Below the pieces are notes generated by a model, which worked only from the letters and a program-made list of their open reading frames with translations, had not been told where the DNA came from and made no database searches. Shown piece by piece: positions 1-8,872 of a stretch of 64,000 bases of DNA. Source of the DNA: Brevinematia bacterium. Its GTDB lineage: Bacteria > Spirochaetota > Brevinematia > DTOW01. The stretch is from assembly GCA_039630355.1 (NCBI GenBank), contig JBCNVF010000019.1, forward strand, positions 2,142 to 66,141, in the 5' to 3' direction. Positions within the stretch are counted from its first letter, which is position 1. Every line of letters starts with the position of its first letter. The translations under genes were made by a program, and so were the position numbers.

Positions 1-2376
1 ACTCCTCTGTCTATTGGTAGAAAGAAGTCTCTAAGTGCTGTTGAAGATGCTTCTCTGAAAGATAAACTTATTGGATTTGTTACGCAAAGGTCAAAAGATG
101 TTGAGGATCCGGGAATAGATGATCTCTATAGGGTTGGGGTTGTTGCGACTATATTTAAGATATTTAGGCTTCCTGATGGAACTTTGAATGTAGTGGTTAG
201 GGCTGAGAAGAGATTTAGGATAAAGGATATTGTGGAAACTGAGCCTTTCATAAAGGCTAATGTTGAATATCTTGAAGTAGAGATTGTTAGAGATGAAGAA
301 GTTGAAGCTTATGTGAAAACTATAAGGGATATGACAACATCGTTGATCCATCTTATTCCTGATGCACCTCCTGATGCAGAATTTGTTCTTCAGTCGATAG
401 AGCAACCAGATCTGTTGGGATATTTTGTTGTTTCAGGTGTGAATGCAACGATTGAAGAGAAGCAAAGGATTCTTGAAGAGAACTCTCTCAAAGAGATTCT
501 TAAGCTTGTTGTGAGCTATCTGGGAAGGGATCTAGAGCTTGCTAAGGTTAGCAAGGAAATCCAGGAGAAGGTTAAGAACGATGTTGAGAAAACCCAGAAA
601 GAGTATTTCTTAAGACAGCAACTAAAAGCAATCCAGAAAGAACTAGGTGAATTGAGTGATCAGGAAAAGGATATTCAGGAACTCAAGCAAAGACTTGAGA
701 GTAAGAAGATGAGTGAAGAGGCCAGGAAGGTAGCTCTTGAGCAGATAGAGAGATTATCAAAGATACCAGTGATGTCTCCAGAGTATACTGTGACCAGAAA
801 CTATGTTGATCTCATTTTACAGTTACCTTGGGATGAATACACAGAAGATAATCTAGATATAGAATACGCAGAGAAGGTGCTTAACGAAGATCATTATGAC
901 TTGGAGAAAGTGAAAAAGAGGATTCTGGAATACCTCTCTGTTATGAAACTTAAGAAAGGATACGTAAAAGGCCCTATACTGTGTTTTTATGGTCCACCTG
1001 GAGTTGGTAAGACTTCTTTAGGTAGGTCAATAGCAAGAGCATTGGGTAGAAAGTTTGTGAGAATATCGTTAGGTGGTGTGAGAGATGAAGCTGAGATAAG
1101 GGGACACAGGAGAACATATGTTGGTGCTTTGCCAGGAAGAATAATACAGGGACTTAAGAAAGCAGGGTCATCAAATCCAGTTTTTATGCTAGATGAGGTA
1201 GATAAACTTGCATCAGATTTCAGAGGAGATCCAGCATCTGCGCTTCTTGAAGTGTTAGACCCCGAACAGAATAGCTCTTTCAGTGATCATTATCTGGAGA
1301 TACCTTACGACCTCTCTAGGGTTATGTTTATTACTACCGCTAACTCCCTAAACACTATCCCTTGGCCATTGCTTGATAGAATGGAGTTAATATCTATACC
1401 TGGTTACACAGAGTATGAGAAGAAGATGATCGCTGTAAACTACCTTATTCCTAAGCAAAAGAAGGAAAATGGTCTTGAGGAGTATAATGTTACTATAACA
1501 GATTCTTCGTTAAGCAAGATAATAAACGATTACACTAAAGAAGCAGGAGTGAGAGAGTTAGACAGAAGTATAGGTTCTATTATGAGATCTATTGCCACCT
1601 ATGTTGTTAGGAATGGAATAGAACCAGGAGGAGAGGATATAGTTGTTGACGAAAAGAAAGTTAGGGAATTTCTAGGTCCTGAGAAGTTTATACCCGAGGT
1701 AAAAGAAATGACGAGAATACCAGGGGTTGCTGTGGGACTTGCTTGGACCCCGGTTGGTGGAGAAATTCTCTTTATAGAAGCTACAGCTATGAAGGGAAGA
1801 GGTAACTTAATACTCACAGGTTCGCTTGGAAGCGTAATGAAAGAGTCTGCTTCGATAGCGTTTAGTTATGTGAAAGCCAATGCTGAAGCTTTTGGGATAC
1901 CTAATTATGTTTTCAAAGAATATGACCTACATGTTCATATACCCTCTGGAGCAATTCCAAAAGATGGCCCCTCTGCTGGTATAACGCTACTTGTTGCCAT
2001 AATATCACTTTTGACCCAAAGAAGAGTTAGAGACAACGTCTCTATGACTGGAGAACTTTCGCTTAGAGGGCTAGTATTACCCGTAGGTGGAATTAGAGAA
2101 AAAATACTTGCAGCAAAAAGGTATAACATTACTAAAGTGATAATTCCAGATAAAAACCTAAAAGATGTAGATGAAATACCTGAAGAACAGAAAAAAGGAA
2201 TAGAGATAATACCAGTTGGGAAGGTAAGCGAAGTTATCAGCTTGGTCCTTGAAGAAGAACCTGTTGAGGATATCCATAAAGTCTTTAAGAAGCTCTCAAA
2301 AGAAGAAAAAGAACAATTAGAGGGTGGTAAAGGAAGAGAAAAAGAGCAGGGTAAGATTAAAGTTATATCCTCTTAG
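1..2376 (+). CDS. lon: ATP-dependent protease Lon (La); 5' end lies upstream of window
   Basis: Frame 1 is open from nt 1 and continuous with ORF 184..2376 (Lon N-domain sequence before the TTG at 184). AAA+ Walker A GPPGVGKTS, Walker B MLDEVDK, and C-terminal protease domain with catalytic Ser in PKDGPSAGIT. Confidence 0.95.
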   Translation, partial: TPLSIGRKKSLSAVEDASLKDKLIGFVTQRSKDVEDPGIDDLYRVGVVATIFKIFRLPDGTLNVVVRAEKRFRIKDIVETEPFIKANVEYLEVEIVRDEEVEAYVKTIRDMTTSLIHLIPDAPPDAEFVLQSIEQPDLLGYFVVSGVNATIEEKQRILEENSLKEILKLVVSYLGRDLELAKVSKEIQEKVKNDVEKTQKEYFLRQQLKAIQKELGELSDQEKDIQELKQRLESKKMSEEARKVALEQIERLSKIPVMSPEYTVTRNYVDLILQLPWDEYTEDNLDIEYAEKVLNEDHYDLEKVKKRILEYLSVMKLKKGYVKGPILCFYGPPGVGKTSLGRSIARALGRKFVRISLGGVRDEAEIRGHRRTYVGALPGRIIQGLKKAGSSNPVFMLDEVDKLASDFRGDPASALLEVLDPEQNSSFSDHYLEIPYDLSRVMFITTANSLNTIPWPLLDRMELISIPGYTEYEKKMIAVNYLIPKQKKENGLEEYNVTITDSSLSKIINDYTKEAGVRELDRSIGSIMRSIATYVVRNGIEPGGEDIVVDEKKVREFLGPEKFIPEVKEMTRIPGVAVGLAWTPVGGEILFIEATAMKGRGNLILTGSLGSVMKESASIAFSYVKANAEAFGIPNYVFKEYDLHVHIPSGAIPKDGPSAGITLLVAIISLLTQRRVRDNVSMTGELSLRGLVLPVGGIREKILAAKRYNITKVIIPDKNLKDVDEIPEEQKKGIEIIPVGKVSEVISLVLEEEPVEDIHKVFKKLSKEEKEQLEGGKGREKEQGKIKVISS

Positions 2377-4501
2377 TGGGAGGAACGTACTCCAAAATTT
2401 TCAGACCTGCTTTTTTCTTCCGAACTTTACTTCTGTGAGAATAGATATTATCATAAATATTGTGAGTACGGTGTTTATTAGGACTTTAATATTAGTTTTT
2501 TTGCTTTTGGTTTTCGTGGTTGGTAGTTTCTCTCAGTCTACTAAAAAGAAGCCAGGAATAAGTGATCTTTTTGGCACAGGACTTAACACAGATGAGATTG
2601 TTGATAAATTAGTTGAAGCAGAAGGTATGAAGGGTGAGAAGTACCAGCAAGAAGTTAGTAACCAGACTATCAGAAAGGCTATAATAAACTTCGTTGAACA
2701 GAACTTAAGAGAGCTTGGAGACTTGGCGAAAGCTGTTTATGATTATAGGTCTCCTTTTCAGAATAGGGTTGGATTTTCACAAGATGAGAGTCTGGTAAAG
2801 CTGATTCCCAGTAGGGGGGCTAATGTTGGTGAGGTGAGGATTAGGGTTGAGAGAATGGCAAAGCCTGATGTTTTTGTTTCTGACGCAGTGCCTATCGGCA
2901 CTGAACTTAAACCTTTTAAGGTGACGATATCCTTGGGTGATAGAAGCATTGAAGTTGATTTCAAGGGAGGAAGACTGCGAGATCTGGCAAAAGCTATAAA
3001 TGACGTTGCAAAGGAGATTGTTTCAGCAGAGGTTATAAAGGTTGATAACGAGAATGAGGTTCTGAGAATAGAGGGTAGGAGGACGGGTAAAGGGGCAGGG
3101 GTAATTATAACTGGAGATGTAGGTGAATTAGTTAGAATAGGTTTGCTTACCAAGGAGAAGATTGTTAAGACCGACAAAAGAGAGCTTGACATATTGCAGA
3201 TCTTCACTCCTCTTAGAGCTTTTACTGTCAAAGAGAGAGAGGAATTTGTAAAAGATGTTTCCTACAGTGTTACAAAGAGCACTGTGCTTGAGATTTCAAA
3301 CTCTACTATCTTTCAGCCTGTTCCTAAGCCTAGGGAGGTTGATATAAGAGTGATGGAAAGTGTCAAAGTTAGCAACGTTGAGGTTAAAGGTGGTTCTCCG
3401 ATAACAACCTTTGATATACTTAAGGAATATGTGACGAATGACTTTTTGTTTGTCGTTCTGCACTTAAAGGATGGAGCGAGAGTAGAGGTTGTAATTCCGG
3501 AGGGTCAGAGTTTTATTAAAATGAGTCTTTCAGGTTATGATGGGAAGGAGATTGAAAGAGTTACTCTTAGAAACGGTAACGATCTTGCTAGAATAACTTT
3601 CTATAGAATTCTTATATATGACAAGGTTGAGGATATAAAGAAGCTTGCTGAATACGAGCCCAAAAACTATCTCTCGCAGGCGGATAACTCGGTCTTGTAT
3701 GTTAATGGTATCAGGATTGAGAGGGAAAGTAACGATATAACTGACGTAATAAATGGAGTGGTAAAGGTAGTAGGAGAGGATCCTAAAAAGGAGGTTCTAA
3801 CAAGGATAGACTATGATTATGTGGCAGTAACTAATTCTATATCAAACTTGGTTGGAAAATACAACGACGTTATGATGTATCTTAGCAAGATAACTAAGCC
3901 CATTGTTGACAGAAGACAGCTTTATGAGAAGCCTGATGAAGAGAAGGAGGAAGGTTCTTTTGCTACTGATATGGATATCACTAGGCTCAAGGACAAACTT
4001 AGAATGTTTGCTATGCAACCTTATCCTACTAGAGTCACAAACATAAGGCTTCTCTACCATATAGGAATCTATACGAAGGATATATCTACAAAGCTAGAGT
4101 TTGACTCAGATCTGTGGGAATACGTTAGAAGGGGGATACTAACTATAAACAATGAGAAACTTATGCTTGCGATATCGGAGAATATATTTGCGGTAAATGA
4201 TATTTTTGGAAGAGACACAAATGGTGATAAAATTGTTGATTCTGGGTTTGCTTACAGTGTTTCAGCTTTATGCGACGAGTATGTAAGGGTGGGAGGAGTT
4301 ATAGCTAACAAGAAAAAACAGATTGATAACATAATAAAGTCTAACAAAGAAATGTATGCTAAGTTTCAGAAGCATCTTGAGGAATATAGGGTTTCTCTTG
4401 AGAAAAAATTTGGTAAACTTCAGCAAGTGTTGAGAGAGAGTAAGTCAAAACAAGATTGGTTTAACAACCAAATGAAAGCAATGAGGGGTGATAAAGATTG
4501 A
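2324..4501 (+). CDS. fliD: FliD-like flagellar filament cap protein (hook-associated protein 2). Start uncertain: ATG 2324 overlaps lon by 53 nt, and in-frame GTG/TTG codons near 2462-2516 are alternatives.
   Basis: N-terminal GISDLFGTGLNTDEIVDKLVEAEG matches the FliD_N pattern (I-s-G-L-g-S-G-L-D-T-x-x-I-V-x-x-L-x-x-a-E). C-terminal EEYRVSLEKKFGKLQQVLRESKSKQDWFNNQ matches the FliD_C heptad pattern (R-Y-x-x-Q-F-x-x-L-x-x-x-x-x-x-x-x-Q-x-x-W/L). A hydrophobic stretch precedes the FliD-like N-terminus. Confidence 0.5.
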   Translation: MVKEEKKSRVRLKLYPLSGRNVLQNFQTCFFLPNFTSVRIDIIINIVSTVFIRTLILVFLLLVFVVGSFSQSTKKKPGISDLFGTGLNTDEIVDKLVEAEGMKGEKYQQEVSNQTIRKAIINFVEQNLRELGDLAKAVYDYRSPFQNRVGFSQDESLVKLIPSRGANVGEVRIRVERMAKPDVFVSDAVPIGTELKPFKVTISLGDRSIEVDFKGGRLRDLAKAINDVAKEIVSAEVIKVDNENEVLRIEGRRTGKGAGVIITGDVGELVRIGLLTKEKIVKTDKRELDILQIFTPLRAFTVKEREEFVKDVSYSVTKSTVLEISNSTIFQPVPKPREVDIRVMESVKVSNVEVKGGSPITTFDILKEYVTNDFLFVVLHLKDGARVEVVIPEGQSFIKMSLSGYDGKEIERVTLRNGNDLARITFYRILIYDKVEDIKKLAEYEPKNYLSQADNSVLYVNGIRIERESNDITDVINGVVKVVGEDPKKEVLTRIDYDYVAVTNSISNLVGKYNDVMMYLSKITKPIVDRRQLYEKPDEEKEEGSFATDMDITRLKDKLRMFAMQPYPTRVTNIRLLYHIGIYTKDISTKLEFDSDLWEYVRRGILTINNEKLMLAISENIFAVNDIFGRDTNGDKIVDSGFAYSVSALCDEYVRVGGVIANKKKQIDNIIKSNKEMYAKFQKHLEEYRVSLEKKFGKLQQVLRESKSKQDWFNNQMKAMRGDKD

Positions 4502-4507
4502 GTATTT

Positions 4508-6202
4508 CTAAGATCTCTTAAGGAGTTCCTCTGCGTATTTTATTCCAGTATCTGTTTCGTTTCCTATCATTCTGGCTATTTCATATTTTCTCTCTTCGTC
4601 GGAGAGTTTTCTAGCTACAACTCTAGTTTCATTGTTGTCAAATATTTTTTCTATCATAAAGTGGGAGTTTGCTTTTGAGGCTACCTGTGGTAGGTGGGTT
4701 ATGACTATAACTTGTTGCTTTTGTGCCATGCTTTTTATTATTTCGCCAACAACGTTTGCTGTGTGTCCACCTATTCCCACATCTATTTCATCAAATACCA
4801 TCATATCAACCTCGGATACATCTGCTAAAACGCTCTTTATTGCTAGCATTATTCTTGATATTTCACCACCAGAGGCAACATGCCTTAGGGGTTTTAGTTC
4901 CTCACCTGGGTTTATGGAAATAAGAAATTCAACTCTGTCTACTCCTTTCTCATTAACATCCACCTTAACTCCATTTATTTCTATTATTCCGTTCTCATCT
5001 TTGTAGTATTTAAAGTCAGTTTTGAATATTGCTTTTTCCATTGCCATATGCTTTAGCTTTTCCTCTACCTTTTTATCAAGTTCTTTGGATTTGTTTATTC
5101 TCTTTTCGGAGAGGTCAATACATGTTCTCTTCAGCTGTGCTATGGTTTTGTTGTATTCTTCTTTAAGACTTAGTAGTTCTTTATCGCTAAACTCTAGTCT
5201 GCTCAGCTCTTCTTCGGTTTCCTTTAGGTGTAGCATAAGCTCGTTTACAGAGTTTTTGTTGTATTTCCTTTTCAGTGTTCTAATTTGGTCAAGTCTGGAG
5301 TTCACTCTTTCTACTTCCTCTGGTTGGAAGTTTATCTTCTCAAGTAAGTTTTTAAGCTCAGAGACAACGTTTTTTACTATTATTTGTGACTCCTCAAGAG
5401 AGTTTGATAAGTTTTCAAATAAAGGGTTAAGTTTTATACCACTCTTTAGGAGGTTTGCAACTCTTCCCATTAGAAGCAGTGCTGATGTTTCGTTTTCACT
5501 AAGAAGCAAGATAGACTCTTGAAGTATGTTATAAAGGTTTTCGTAGTTTGTTATTAGGTTAAACTTTTCTTCAAGTTCTACATCTTCGTTTTCTCTCAGG
5601 TTGGAGTTTTTCAGTTCCTCTATCGTATACTTTAGAAACTCTTCTCTTGTCTTTTTTTGGGATAGGTTTTCCTCTAACTCTTTGATCTTATTTTTCAGTT
5701 CTAGAGCTTTGTTATAGAGTTCTGAGACTTCCTTGAGTTCTTTGTTGAATTTTCCAAAAGAATCTAGATAGTCTATGTGGGTTTTTTGATTTAGCAAACT
5801 CTGGTGATCGTGCTGTCCGTGAAAATCAACCAGAATTTCAGAAAGTTCGGAAACTCTTGACAGTGTTTCATGGAAGCCGTTTACTGTTACTTTGTTTCTG
5901 CCTGATATTTCATATTCTCTTCTTACTATTATTCTTTCATTCTCTAAGTTGAATCCTAGTTTTTCTATTTTTTCCCTGATTCTTGGATTTGTTATTAGAA
6001 ATACCGCTTCAACTATAGTTTTATCTTTACCTGTTTTTATTATTGAAGGTGTTGCTCTTTCTCCTAAGCAAAATCCTAAAGAATCTACTATTATTGATTT
6101 TCCTGCACCGCTTTCGCCTGTGAATACATTAAAGCCTTTGTCAAACTCAATTTCAATTTCGTCTATCAATGCGTAGTTTTTTATCTTTATGCTTTCCAGC
6201 AT
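4508..6202 (-). CDS. recN: DNA repair protein RecN
   Basis: N-terminus MLESIKIKNYALIDEIEIEFDKGFNVFTGESGAGKSIIVDSL (RecN Walker A), long coiled-coil middle, C-terminal ABC signature/Walker B region (MMVFDEIDVGIGG). Confidence 0.92.
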   Translation of the reverse strand: MLESIKIKNYALIDEIEIEFDKGFNVFTGESGAGKSIIVDSLGFCLGERATPSIIKTGKDKTIVEAVFLITNPRIREKIEKLGFNLENERIIVRREYEISGRNKVTVNGFHETLSRVSELSEILVDFHGQHDHQSLLNQKTHIDYLDSFGKFNKELKEVSELYNKALELKNKIKELEENLSQKKTREEFLKYTIEELKNSNLRENEDVELEEKFNLITNYENLYNILQESILLLSENETSALLLMGRVANLLKSGIKLNPLFENLSNSLEESQIIVKNVVSELKNLLEKINFQPEEVERVNSRLDQIRTLKRKYNKNSVNELMLHLKETEEELSRLEFSDKELLSLKEEYNKTIAQLKRTCIDLSEKRINKSKELDKKVEEKLKHMAMEKAIFKTDFKYYKDENGIIEINGVKVDVNEKGVDRVEFLISINPGEELKPLRHVASGGEISRIMLAIKSVLADVSEVDMMVFDEIDVGIGGHTANVVGEIIKSMAQKQQVIVITHLPQVASKANSHFMIEKIFDNNETRVVARKLSDEERKYEIARMIGNETDTGIKYAEELLKRS

Positions 6203-6376
6203 AGTAAATATTCTAAAGTCTTTTTGGACTACTTATCAAGTAGGACAACAGTGAGATTCGGTTTCTACAATATCACTCTAGATTGGGTTTTAGAGTTTAT
6301 TGAGAGGTTATTTTTCCAGTCCCGATGGTAGACTACGAGAGAAATAGGGGAAAACTACTCTGTTGTGGGTTTATTT

Positions 6377-7495
6377 TTAGTTTTTGAAAAATTCGTTGAT
6401 TTTGGTGTCAACAAAGTTCTTGAACTTAGATTTGAAGTTTTCTTCGGAGAACCTTTCGGCATTTTTTCTGACATCCTTGAAGTTTATCTTTTCTTGAATT
6501 TTTTCAAACTTACTTATGGCTTCTTTAAGACTCTCTACGGTTTGCTCATGGAAAAGGATACCGGTTTTACCATCTATTACACTTTCGGTAGCTCCACCTT
6601 TACCGAAAGCTATTACTGGGGTTCCGCAAGCCATTGCCTCAACTGGCATAATTCCAAAATCTTCTTCTGCTGCAAAGATAAATGCTTTTGCTTTCTGCAT
6701 ATAGCTTTTTAATACATCATTGGGTTGGTATCCAAGGATTTCTATGTTTCTTTTACCTCTCGCTATGCTTTTGACCTTTTCAAACTCAGGACCATCTCCT
6801 ATTACTACCAATTTCCTATCTGGAAGTTTTGCAAAGGTTTCAACAACAAGAGGTATCATTTTGTAAGGCACCATTCTTGAGGCTACTAGGTAAAACTCTT
6901 CTTTATCTTCGCTAAAAGAGAAGTTTTTCGTGTCAACGGGTGGGTAGATGACCTCTGCTTCCCTAGCGTAGATTTTTCTTATTCTTCTTGCGGTATAATT
7001 GGAGTTTGCAATAAAGTAGTTGACCCTGTTTATGGTAGAGAGGTCCCATATTCTTATGTAGTGGAGAATCAGTTTTGCTAGAAAGGCTTTTAGCCCTCTT
7101 TCTAGTTTTGCTTCTTTCAGGTATTGGTGATACAGGTCCCAGGCGTAGCGAATTGGGGTATGGCAATAGCAGATATGTAATTGATAATGTCTGGTTATAA
7201 CTCCTTTGGCTACTGCGTGCGATGAAGAGATTATCACATCGTAATTTGAAAGATCAAACTGCTCTATTGCTAGGGGGAATAAAGCTAAATAGTTTCTATA
7301 CTTTTTCTGGGCAAATGGCAATTTTGAAATAAACGATTGCTGTGTTTTTTCAGGAGGAATTCCTAGTTTGTTGAGAGTTTCATTGTTGGAGATTAAGCAA
7401 AAGACGTCCGAAGGGTACAGTTCATAAATTGACTTTAGAACTCTTTCAGCTCCAGCAAATGTTACTAACCAGTCTGCAACTATTGAGAACTTCAT
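6377..7495 (-). CDS. Glycosyltransferase family 4 (GT1-fold, retaining)
   Basis: 372 aa; C-terminal E-x7-E region DFGIMPVEAMACGTPVIAF typical of GT4 (Glycos_transf_1). Confidence 0.8.
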   Translation of the reverse strand: MKFSIVADWLVTFAGAERVLKSIYELYPSDVFCLISNNETLNKLGIPPEKTQQSFISKLPFAQKKYRNYLALFPLAIEQFDLSNYDVIISSSHAVAKGVITRHYQLHICYCHTPIRYAWDLYHQYLKEAKLERGLKAFLAKLILHYIRIWDLSTINRVNYFIANSNYTARRIRKIYAREAEVIYPPVDTKNFSFSEDKEEFYLVASRMVPYKMIPLVVETFAKLPDRKLVVIGDGPEFEKVKSIARGKRNIEILGYQPNDVLKSYMQKAKAFIFAAEEDFGIMPVEAMACGTPVIAFGKGGATESVIDGKTGILFHEQTVESLKEAISKFEKIQEKINFKDVRKNAERFSEENFKSKFKNFVDTKINEFFKN

Positions 7496-7499
7496 GTTT

Positions 7500-8210
7500 T
7501 TATACCTTCACGAATGTTCCAACTTTTTCGCCTAACACTATTCTCTTTATTCCGTCTTTTTCCATTAGGTTAAAGACGATTATTGGTATTTTGCTTTCAC
7601 AGCTTAGACTAAATGCGGTTAGATCCATGACTTTAAGGTTCATTGAGAGAACTTCACTACCGCTTATTTCATCAAATTTCTTTGCATCTTTGTGTCTTTT
7701 AGGGTCTTTATCATATATTCCATCAACTTTAGTGGCTTTTAATACAACATCGGCTTCAATTTCTGCTGCTCTTAGAACTGCGGAAGTGTCTGTTGAGAAA
7801 AAGGGGTTTCCTGTGCCACCAGCGAAAATGATAATATATCCTTTGGATAGATAGTCAATTGCCTTCTCAACAGAGTATTTCTCTGCTATTCCCTCTATTG
7901 GTATTGCGGAAAGAACTACAACTTTAACTCTCTTAGAAGAGAAGTCATCTGCTAGAGTTATTGAATTAAGAATGGTTGAGATCATTCCTAGCCTATCGCT
8001 GTTAACTCTCTCAATGCCTTTTACCGCTACTTTGCTTCCTCTTATGAAGTTGCCTCCTCCAACTACTATTCCAATTTGGGTTCCTAGGGAGTAGGCCTTT
8101 ATTATCTCGTCAGTGATGTATGAGACTACCTTCATATCTATTCCTAAACCTTGTTCACCACCTAAAACTTCACCACTTATTTTAATAACAATCCTATCAA
8201 ATTTTTTCAT
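7500..8210 (-). CDS. pyrH: UMP kinase
   Basis: RIVIKISGEVL, GIVVGGGNFIRG and amino-acid kinase fold motifs; 236 aa. Not flanked by tsf or frr. Confidence 0.93.
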   Translation of the reverse strand: MKKFDRIVIKISGEVLGGEQGLGIDMKVVSYITDEIIKAYSLGTQIGIVVGGGNFIRGSKVAVKGIERVNSDRLGMISTILNSITLADDFSSKRVKVVVLSAIPIEGIAEKYSVEKAIDYLSKGYIIIFAGGTGNPFFSTDTSAVLRAAEIEADVVLKATKVDGIYDKDPKRHKDAKKFDEISGSEVLSMNLKVMDLTAFSLSCESKIPIIVFNLMEKDGIKRIVLGEKVGTFVKV

Positions 8211-8262
8211 AAATCGGGTATAATTATACTTGGGTAATGGATATCTTTACAAGTTGCTATAG

Positions 8263-8484
8263 AAGAGAGTGAATAAATTCCGATTTTGGTTTGTAACTAG
8301 GCAAGATTCTAGACTTTTTGCTTATACTCTCTTTGGTTCCACATAGCGCTTGTTTTAATCGCAAGATTTCATCTTACACCAAGCCTCTTAGGTGCTTGCT
8401 AAGGGAAGTGCTTACTTAGCTCCGACAGGGACTGCGAGAAAAATAGAGAGAAGACTACTTCTAGTTGTAAGTTTTGGACTTTAC
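8263..8484 (+). repeat. Type-1 intergenic repeat element, full copy A (about 220 bp)
   Basis: Aligns over its whole length with 13024-13224 and 51417-51636. Shared blocks: TTCCAATTTCC, AACTTTTTGCTTACTTA-CCTCTTTGTTTCTAG, CTTCACCTAA, CCTCTTATGTGCTT-AAGAAGAG, GAGAAAAATA-A-AGAA-AC. Confidence 0.8.
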
Positions 8485-8582
8485 TGACTTCAGTTAAATC
8501 TGAAGTTTGTAGCAGAGTTTGGTAAGAATTAAAGTGAAATAACCTCCTCTTGCCCTTAAAATAAAGGCAAAAGGAGGAATAT

Positions 8583-8660
8583 ATGAATAACAAAAAAACT
8601 ATAAATCGCTTCATCAAAAACTTTCTACTTAACTTTTATCCAAGCTCAGGAAGAAGATAG
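8583..8660 (+). CDS. Conserved 25-aa small ORF (MNNKKTINRFIKNFLLNFYPSSGRR) inside type-2 element; coding status unproven
   Basis: AGGAGG lies 7 nt upstream of ATG and is sequestered by the upstream anti-SD. The N-terminal 17 codons are conserved with the copy at 58157 (MN[ND]KK[TI][IV]N[RH]FIKN[FL]LL); the C-terminus is frame-shifted between the two copies. Confidence 0.25.
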   Translation: MNNKKTINRFIKNFLLNFYPSSGRR

Positions 8661-8783
8661 TAGAAGTTGTTCTTGCAATCATTCTCTCTGGAAGCTTGAG
8701 GATATCTAGGGTATCTCTCAGCAGCAGGAAGAGGGAATAGTCAAGGTATTCAGAATACTTTTTCACAAAAAAATACCAAACTC

Positions 8784-8812
8784 TTGACCAAACTTCAGGT
8801 TAAATTTATTGA
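8784..8812 (+). promoter_or_regulatory. sigma70-like promoter at 3' end of type-2 element (TTGACC-17 nt-TATTGA) reading into ftsZ
   Basis: -35 TTGACC, 17-nt spacer, -10 TATTGA. The same architecture is conserved at 58376-58404 (TTAACT-17 nt-TATTGA). Confidence 0.4.
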
Positions 8813-8872
8813 AAATCGTTTTTTATTGTTTTACAATACTTGAGTAAAGTTTTTGGGATGGGAGGGGTTTAT

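Larger units (their letters stand above)
8503..8826 (+). repeat. Type-2 composite leader element, copy 1 (anti-SD/SD hairpin + small ORF + sigma70-like promoter), upstream of ftsZ
   Basis: About 80% identical over about 330 bp to 58062-58410, with a variable central segment. CCTCCTCTTGCC (8544-8555) pairs with GGCAAAAGGAGG (8566-8577), sequestering the AGGAGG SD of the small ORF 8583-8660. Confidence 0.8.

Noticed and set aside
91-6176. Antisense and alternative-frame ORFs inside lon, fliD-like and recN (e.g. 91..405, 1599..1817, 2758..3231, 4632..5006, 5022..5522, 5892..6176)
   Set aside because: They sit in shadow frames of strongly supported genes and have low-complexity Ser/Leu/Phe-rich products.
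6203-6376. Possible additional type-1 fragment (TTTTCCAGTCCCGATGGTAGAC) between recN and the glycosyltransferase
   Set aside because: Only a 12-14-nt resemblance to the hairpin motif; too short to call homology.
8399-8617. 72-aa ORF on the minus strand spanning the type-1/type-2 repeat junction
   Set aside because: It lies antisense across non-coding repeat elements and is not conserved in the other repeat copies (frames broken).
8503-8826. Type-2 element as a gene-specific riboswitch or ribosomal-protein leader
   Set aside because: The two copies precede functionally unrelated genes (ftsZ and a sugar permease), and there is no recognisable aptamer consensus (SAM, TPP, FMN, preQ1, T-box motifs absent). 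A portable regulatory or mobile module fits better.
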